From assembly GCA_019894975.1 (NCBI GenBank), contig JAGXNO010000002.1:32001-96000 (forward strand): a stretch of 64,000 nucleotides of DNA. The letters are read 5' to 3'. Numbering within the stretch: position 1 is the first letter of the stretch; each line of letters opens with the position of its first letter. The notes beneath the pieces were generated by a model. It had not been told where the DNA came from. It did no database searches and saw only the letters and a list, made by a program, of their open reading frames with translations. The DNA is from Promethearchaeota archaeon (lineage in GTDB: Archaea; Asgardarchaeota; Lokiarchaeia; Sigyniarchaeales; SOKP01). A program made the position numbers and the translations under genes. Shown piece after piece: positions 59,083 through 64,000 of this stretch.

Positions 59083-59313
59083 ATGAGTAATTTAAATGTC
59101 CACAGAACGTCGGTGGTCATACAGGAGTTTTCCAAGCAGGCGCAATTTTTGGTGATTAGTCATCGCGAGGAGAATATCGTGAATGCGGACAGAATTTATG
59201 GTGTGTCTATGCAACAGTCGGGAATAACAGATATCTTTAGCGTTGATTTGGAGGAGGAAGCAAAGAGACTGCTTGAACTTGAGGATATCGAACCTACCAT
59301 AACGGAAAATTGA
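59083..59313 (+). pseudogene. Orphan smc C-terminal fragment (copy C), open for 76 codons
   Basis: Last 70 aa of SMC including the SHR H-loop; sits directly before scpA. Confidence 0.85.
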
Positions 59314-59336
59314 AAGATTTAAAATGGTGAAAAAAA

Positions 59337-60353
59337 ATATCTGAAGAAACGAATATAGATAAAGATTATGATTTTGATAATTGGGCTGTAAAGCAATTGA
59401 GGGATTTTGCAAATAAAAACAATATTAAAGTCCCGGTTAAATCAAAAAAAAATGATATAGTTAATCTACTTAAAAAAATTGTTTCTCATCCTGAATTTAT
59501 TGATAGATCTCAGGAAATTGAAGAATTGGAAGAAGAATTAGTAGCAGGTTTTGATGAGGAGGAGGAGGAGGATGAGGCCCTTGCCTTATTAAGAAAGGAA
59601 AAAATGGAATTGAAATTTTGGCAAAAACCACCTTTTTCAAGTTTGTTAGATACAGAATTAGCTAAAGAATCAGAAATCGCTTTTTATGATTTATCTAGTT
59701 TAGTTGATGAATTTTTCGATAATATGCTTCACGAAGACTTAATAAATTATAAGATTTCTGGTATAGCACTTAGGACATCGGCAAATTTACATCATTATAA
59801 AATTTCGAGTATTATCAGAGAAGAGGAACAAATTCAGAAAAAGGAAGAACTAGAAAAGTTTAGACAAAAGCATTCTAGATCAATTCCTAAAGCATTACCA
59901 CAACCAATTCAACCGAAAATGCAAATTGCGACCAAAGATGAATTATTTGATGCAATGCGATCAGCCATTATAGAAGTCATGCAGAATAATGAAAAATTAA
60001 AAAGAAGGAGAATACGCCGGGAAGAATTAAAAGATCAAAAAATTCAAATGAAGTCTAAAGCTCGATTACCAAAAGAGCTTTTAAAACATATCAGTGGGAG
60101 AGAACAGACAGTTGAAGAATTACATGAATCATGGTATAACCGCATAAAGGGAATTATTAATTTAGACAACAAAGAGACCAGTTTTTATGATTTAACAAAT
60201 ATTATAAAAGGTGAAGAAGAAACTAGTATTGGTAGAAAATTTGCCTTAGTTAAAATGTTTTTAGCATTGATGTTTCTCTCTACAGGAAATAAGTTATCTT
60301 TAACTCAAAACGATGACTTTAAAGACATTTCAGTAAATATTGGAAAAAAATAA
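59337..60353 (+). CDS. scpA: Kleisin ScpA with N-terminal HeH/SAP-like domain; start probably upstream of the ORF-track TTG (59397)
   Basis: DLSSLVD.F....INYKISG.AL..SA.L...K, PIQP, FLALMFL....L.L.Q..DF.DI; located between the smc tail and scpB. Confidence 0.82.
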   Translation: MSEETNIDKDYDFDNWAVKQLRDFANKNNIKVPVKSKKNDIVNLLKKIVSHPEFIDRSQEIEELEEELVAGFDEEEEEDEALALLRKEKMELKFWQKPPFSSLLDTELAKESEIAFYDLSSLVDEFFDNMLHEDLINYKISGIALRTSANLHHYKISSIIREEEQIQKKEELEKFRQKHSRSIPKALPQPIQPKMQIATKDELFDAMRSAIIEVMQNNEKLKRRRIRREELKDQKIQMKSKARLPKELLKHISGREQTVEELHESWYNRIKGIINLDNKETSFYDLTNIIKGEEETSIGRKFALVKMFLALMFLSTGNKLSLTQNDDFKDISVNIGKK

Positions 60354-61203
60354 TAAAAAAGACATACAAGAAAACATGAATAATTTAGATAAAGATCCAG
60401 AGGAAGATTTAAAGGAGGATGACATAGAATTCCCAGAAGATCTTCCAAATGAAGAAATCGAAGAATTTTCTAATGCGGAAAACGAGGTTGAATCTATAGG
60501 ACTTAAATCAAGCGAAATTGCTGATGATAATGACAATAAAGATAGTATAGACGAAGTAGTTGAAACATCAGAAGAAAGCTTTAACGAAGAAACTACAGAA
60601 AGTGGAATAGCTAAAGAAGAATCACTAAAAGAACAACTGAGAGAATTTCATAAAAACCTAATTGAAGCTTCATTATACGCTGCTGGGAGACCGTTGAATA
60701 TTGAGGAATTATCAAATAAATTAGAATTTCCTAAAAAGGAGGTCGAAGTATTAGTCAATGAAGTAGCTTTCGATTATCTTGACCGTTCAACAGCTTTAGT
60801 AATCGCTCAAATAGGAGACAGATATCAAATGCAAATTAAACCAGAATACACAGAAAAAGTGGCTAAGTTTGCAAAGGGTGGAGCAATCGCAGAACGTTAC
60901 CTGAGAACTCTAACCATAATAGCATTAAAGCAGCCTATCTTAAAATCAACTGTTATAAGACATAGAGGAACAGGAGCCTATGAACATATAAAATATCTTA
61001 TAGACAATGGTTTTATTAATGCCGATAAAAAAGGCAGAAGCCATGAGTTAACGACAACAGATAAATATGCAGATATGTTTGGCTTACCAAAAGATAAGCG
61101 TCTATTAAAACAGGCTATGATAACACAATTAGGAATTGAAGAAAGTCCGAGTGTTGATCATTCTGAACAAAAACCGGAACAAGATAAAATTGAAGAAGAA
61201 TAA
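60340..61203 (+). CDS. scpB: SMC-Scp complex subunit ScpB with acidic N-terminal extension
   Basis: IEA.LY..G.PL, L.TL.IIA.KQPI....I..RG, L.TT.K....FG. Confidence 0.92.
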   Translation: MEKNNKKDIQENMNNLDKDPEEDLKEDDIEFPEDLPNEEIEEFSNAENEVESIGLKSSEIADDNDNKDSIDEVVETSEESFNEETTESGIAKEESLKEQLREFHKNLIEASLYAAGRPLNIEELSNKLEFPKKEVEVLVNEVAFDYLDRSTALVIAQIGDRYQMQIKPEYTEKVAKFAKGGAIAERYLRTLTIIALKQPILKSTVIRHRGTGAYEHIKYLIDNGFINADKKGRSHELTTTDKYADMFGLPKDKRLLKQAMITQLGIEESPSVDHSEQKPEQDKIEEE

Positions 61204-61220
61204 TTTAATGGATATTATTT

Positions 61221-63821
61221 TTATTTAAAGATATGAATTGATATATTTAGGTCTTCAATTTTTTCTATTAAATCTGGTTTCTGCTTAATAGCAGAGTCCT
61301 CTAAATCTTCAAGAAATTCTAAATTCGCTATTCTAATAGTAGATCTAATATCTTCTTCAAGAACCTTTATCATATCTAACTTTTCTTTATTAGTGAGAAT
61401 TATTACTTGCTTTATTTCTTGATTTAACGGCATTTGCAGTTTTGATTTATTCATCCTTAATAGTTTAATGATTTCAACACCCAACTTTCCACTTTCATAC
61501 ATTTCCATAGAAATATTTTGGTATATCAAAGGCCAGTTTTCCTTATGTATTGATTTTATATTTCTAAATCTACTATAGAGTATTGAATAAATTTCCTCAG
61601 ATATAAAAGGCATTGTAATAGCAATTACTGTTAGCAACTTATAAAACAAATTCAGAGCATTTCTCAAAGAAATTTTCCTTAATTGAAGATCATCAACATA
61701 AAATTTGTATTTAATTGCTTCAATATAATTATCACATATATCATTCCAGAAGAAAGATCGTAAGATCATCATAGCTTCGTGCCAATTATAATCATCTAAA
61801 TTTTTAGTGATCAATTCTAACTTATTATTAAATTCAGAAAAGAAATAGCTATCAACTGCCGACAATTCCGAAGAATTAATATCAAGGGTTTCTAGAGCTA
61901 TTTTGTTTAAATTAAGATTTAAAAATCTGTAAGCGTTCCATATTTTGGTCACAAACCTAGAAGCACCTATTAATTGGTCATATCTTATCCCATACTTCTT
62001 ATTGAATTTATCTTCTGGTAGTTTTTGTTTTTCTTTTAAAATAGTTTGAAGAGAGATTGGTTGTTTTGTATGAAGATTTATCCAATTGAAGTCAAATGGG
62101 TAATCGTCACCTAATGAACCCATAGCTGCCCAGTATCTAATAGCATCTGCCCCAAATTTTGGCATTACATCATCCGGAGAAACAGAATTTCCAAGACTTT
62201 TTGACATGTGACGACCATCTGGGCCTGCTACCATCCCATTTATCATTACTTCATGGAAAGGAGCTTTTCCCGTCAATTTTTTACAGCGGAATAAAGTGTA
62301 AAATAACCAAGTCCGAATAATCTCATATCCCTGCGGTCTATGAACCTTAGCTTTAAGATAAGTTTTCTTAAAAAATTCATCATCTTCTTTCCATTTTGCG
62401 ATTTCTAAAGGAGTTATACTCGAGTCAATCCAACAATCACATACATCTTTTTCTCCAATTATATTTTTGCTGCTACACTTAGGACATTTTTCTATGGTAG
62501 GTTGTGTTTTTACGGGATCTAAAGGTAAGTCTTCACGATTCGGAGAAATAATTTCTCCACATTCTTTACAATACCAAAACGGGATTGGTGTGCCAAAAAC
62601 TCGTTGACGTGAAATAACCCAATTCCAAGTTAAGCCTTCTGCCCAATCTAATAATCTCTGCTTTTGTTTTTCAGGATGCCAATTCATTTTTTCAGCAGAT
62701 TGAATAATTTCTTGTGTAAAATCCTTTACATTAATAAACCACTGATAAACAGGTAAATATTCTATTGGTTTTCGACATGATCCACGTTCAGTATGAACTA
62801 TAATACTATGTTCATACTCCTCTATTTTTTCAATTAATTCCATTTCTTTAAGGTCTTTTACAATTTCCTCTCGAGCCTCAAGAATTGTAAGCCCTTGGTA
62901 TTTAGAATTCTCATTCAGATGACCGTCTTCTGTGAAAATCTGAATCTCATCAAGATTATATTGAATTTTCCAATTAATATCCATTTCATCTCCATAAGTA
63001 CAAACATAAACAATCCCTGTTCCGAAACTCATATCTACTGTATTATCCATATAGACTCGAACAGATCGATCTGTGAAAGGAATCTTTATCTCGGCAGCAG
63101 AAAGATGATAATATCTCTCATCATTTGGGTGAACCATTATAGCAACACATGCTTCCATATATTCAGGTCGTGTCGTTGCTATAGTAACGAATTCATTATC
63201 TCTCTCAGCAATTGGTAGTTTTATATACCATAATTTACCTTGTTCTTCCTGATAACCTACTTCCGCTTTTGCAACAGATGTTTCACAGTTAACGCAGAAA
63301 TGAGTAGGGAATTTATCACGATATAACCAACCCTTCTCGTAAAAATCTAAGAGTGATATTTGAACTTTATACTTATAATCATCGTTCATAGTTCGATACG
63401 TATAATTCCAATCGGTAGAATATCCCAAGTCATCAAATTGTCTTCTCATGTTTCTAATATTGTTGTTAACCCATTCTACACATTTTTCAAGGAATTCTTC
63501 TCTCTGATGTTGAGAGATTCCATACTCTTTTTGAACAGCAAGTTCTACCGGAAGACCGTGGCAATCAAAACCTTGTGGGAAATATACATTTTCTCCTCTC
63601 ATCTTATGATATCTTGCTACAAAATCAATCCATGAATGATTTAAAATGTGCCCCATATGGAGATCTCCACTCACAAAAGGAGGAGGAGTGTCCATTGAAA
63701 ATATTTCGCCCTTTTGATTGATATCAAAAGCATATATATTCTCAATCTTCCAAAAATTTTTCCATTTCTCTTGAACTGCTTTAAAATTGAACCTTTTAGG
63801 AAATACAGTTTCTTCTGTCAT
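61221..63821 (-). CDS. valS: Valine--tRNA ligase
   Basis: DTPPP.VSG.LHMGH, ATTRPE, W.ISRQR.FG.PIP, QG.EIIRTW.FY, HMSKS.GN. Confidence 0.95.
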   Translation of the reverse strand: MTEETVFPKRFNFKAVQEKWKNFWKIENIYAFDINQKGEIFSMDTPPPFVSGDLHMGHILNHSWIDFVARYHKMRGENVYFPQGFDCHGLPVELAVQKEYGISQHQREEFLEKCVEWVNNNIRNMRRQFDDLGYSTDWNYTYRTMNDDYKYKVQISLLDFYEKGWLYRDKFPTHFCVNCETSVAKAEVGYQEEQGKLWYIKLPIAERDNEFVTIATTRPEYMEACVAIMVHPNDERYYHLSAAEIKIPFTDRSVRVYMDNTVDMSFGTGIVYVCTYGDEMDINWKIQYNLDEIQIFTEDGHLNENSKYQGLTILEAREEIVKDLKEMELIEKIEEYEHSIIVHTERGSCRKPIEYLPVYQWFINVKDFTQEIIQSAEKMNWHPEKQKQRLLDWAEGLTWNWVISRQRVFGTPIPFWYCKECGEIISPNREDLPLDPVKTQPTIEKCPKCSSKNIIGEKDVCDCWIDSSITPLEIAKWKEDDEFFKKTYLKAKVHRPQGYEIIRTWLFYTLFRCKKLTGKAPFHEVMINGMVAGPDGRHMSKSLGNSVSPDDVMPKFGADAIRYWAAMGSLGDDYPFDFNWINLHTKQPISLQTILKEKQKLPEDKFNKKYGIRYDQLIGASRFVTKIWNAYRFLNLNLNKIALETLDINSSELSAVDSYFFSEFNNKLELITKNLDDYNWHEAMMILRSFFWNDICDNYIEAIKYKFYVDDLQLRKISLRNALNLFYKLLTVIAITMPFISEEIYSILYSRFRNIKSIHKENWPLIYQNISMEMYESGKLGVEIIKLLRMNKSKLQMPLNQEIKQVIILTNKEKLDMIKVLEEDIRSTIRIANLEFLEDLEDSAIKQKPDLIEKIEDLNISIHIFK

Positions 63822-63902
63822 AATAAATACTATTAGAAGGTTTATTAATTTTAAAATCTATAATACGTGATCTGTTATATATTGTGAATTATTAATGATT
63901 AA

Positions 63903-64000
63903 TGGACCTGACGGGAATTGAACCCGTGACCTCTTGAATGCGAATCATGTAATTAAGCGTCTTGCTTAATTAAATCAAGCAATCTTCCACTGATCTACAG
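63903..64000 (-). tRNA. tRNA-Ala(CGC) with a 30-nt intron at about 32/33 (63944-63973); first 4 nt lie beyond the window
   Basis: Spliced anticodon arm CTTGA TTCGCAT TCAAG; U70 in CAGGTCC-A consistent with G3:U70; intron stem TAATTAAGC/GCTTAATTA. Confidence 0.88.

Larger units (their letters stand above)
41803..59100. mobile_element. Genomic island inserted at the smc 3' end; no integrase or transposase recognised
   Basis: Flanked by smc-tail repeats, interrupts smc-scpA-scpB, carries accessory surface, protease and nuclease genes. Confidence 0.75.

Noticed and set aside
41803-59100. Provirus or integrase-type element
   Set aside because: No capsid, packaging ATPase, integrase or transposase recognisable; boundaries are diverged coding repeats, not identical att sites
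6600-63635. Many short ORF-track entries antisense to or nested in long genes (e.g. 9105, 11788, 17313, 24385, 32114, 39057, 43932, 47710, 59092, 62895)
   Set aside because: Shadow ORFs of well-supported genes, with no motifs or initiation signals
1-64000. CRISPR array or cas genes
   Set aside because: No regularly spaced repeats; the PD-(D/E)XK protein lacks the Cas4 cysteines

Overview
AT-rich archaeal chromosome segment, most consistent with an Asgard archaeon of the Lokiarchaeia/Promethearchaeia. Supporting signs are archaeosine TGT, L15e, Rpp30/Pop5, aRqcH, Cdc6/Orc1, roadblock and longin-type proteins, an Arf/Rag-like GTPase and IPGY/IPGF C-terminal sorting signals. Bases 1-41.8 kb and 59.1-64 kb are mostly housekeeping: tRNA modification, TrpB2, PyrI, Smc-ScpA-ScpB, ValRS and three tRNAs, two of them with introns at non-canonical positions. 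A ~17.3 kb cargo island of surface proteins, proteases and a zinc-finger nuclease splits the smc-scpAB operon. It is bounded by synonymously diverged copies of the smc 3' end, with a third decayed copy inside. The most striking unannotated element is an 18-aa leader peptide with four Trp codons (WCWQWPW), followed by hairpins and a U-tract, directly upstream of trpB2. This is a candidate tryptophan-sensing attenuator in an archaeon. Other notable signals: an SMC without a recognisable hinge, several genes that appear to start at ATC/ATA/ATT codons, a complete micro-transcription unit encoding a 9-aa peptide, a C/D-box sRNA candidate and an EMC6/RAB5IF-like protein. All family calls are by eye from motifs; no database searches were run.
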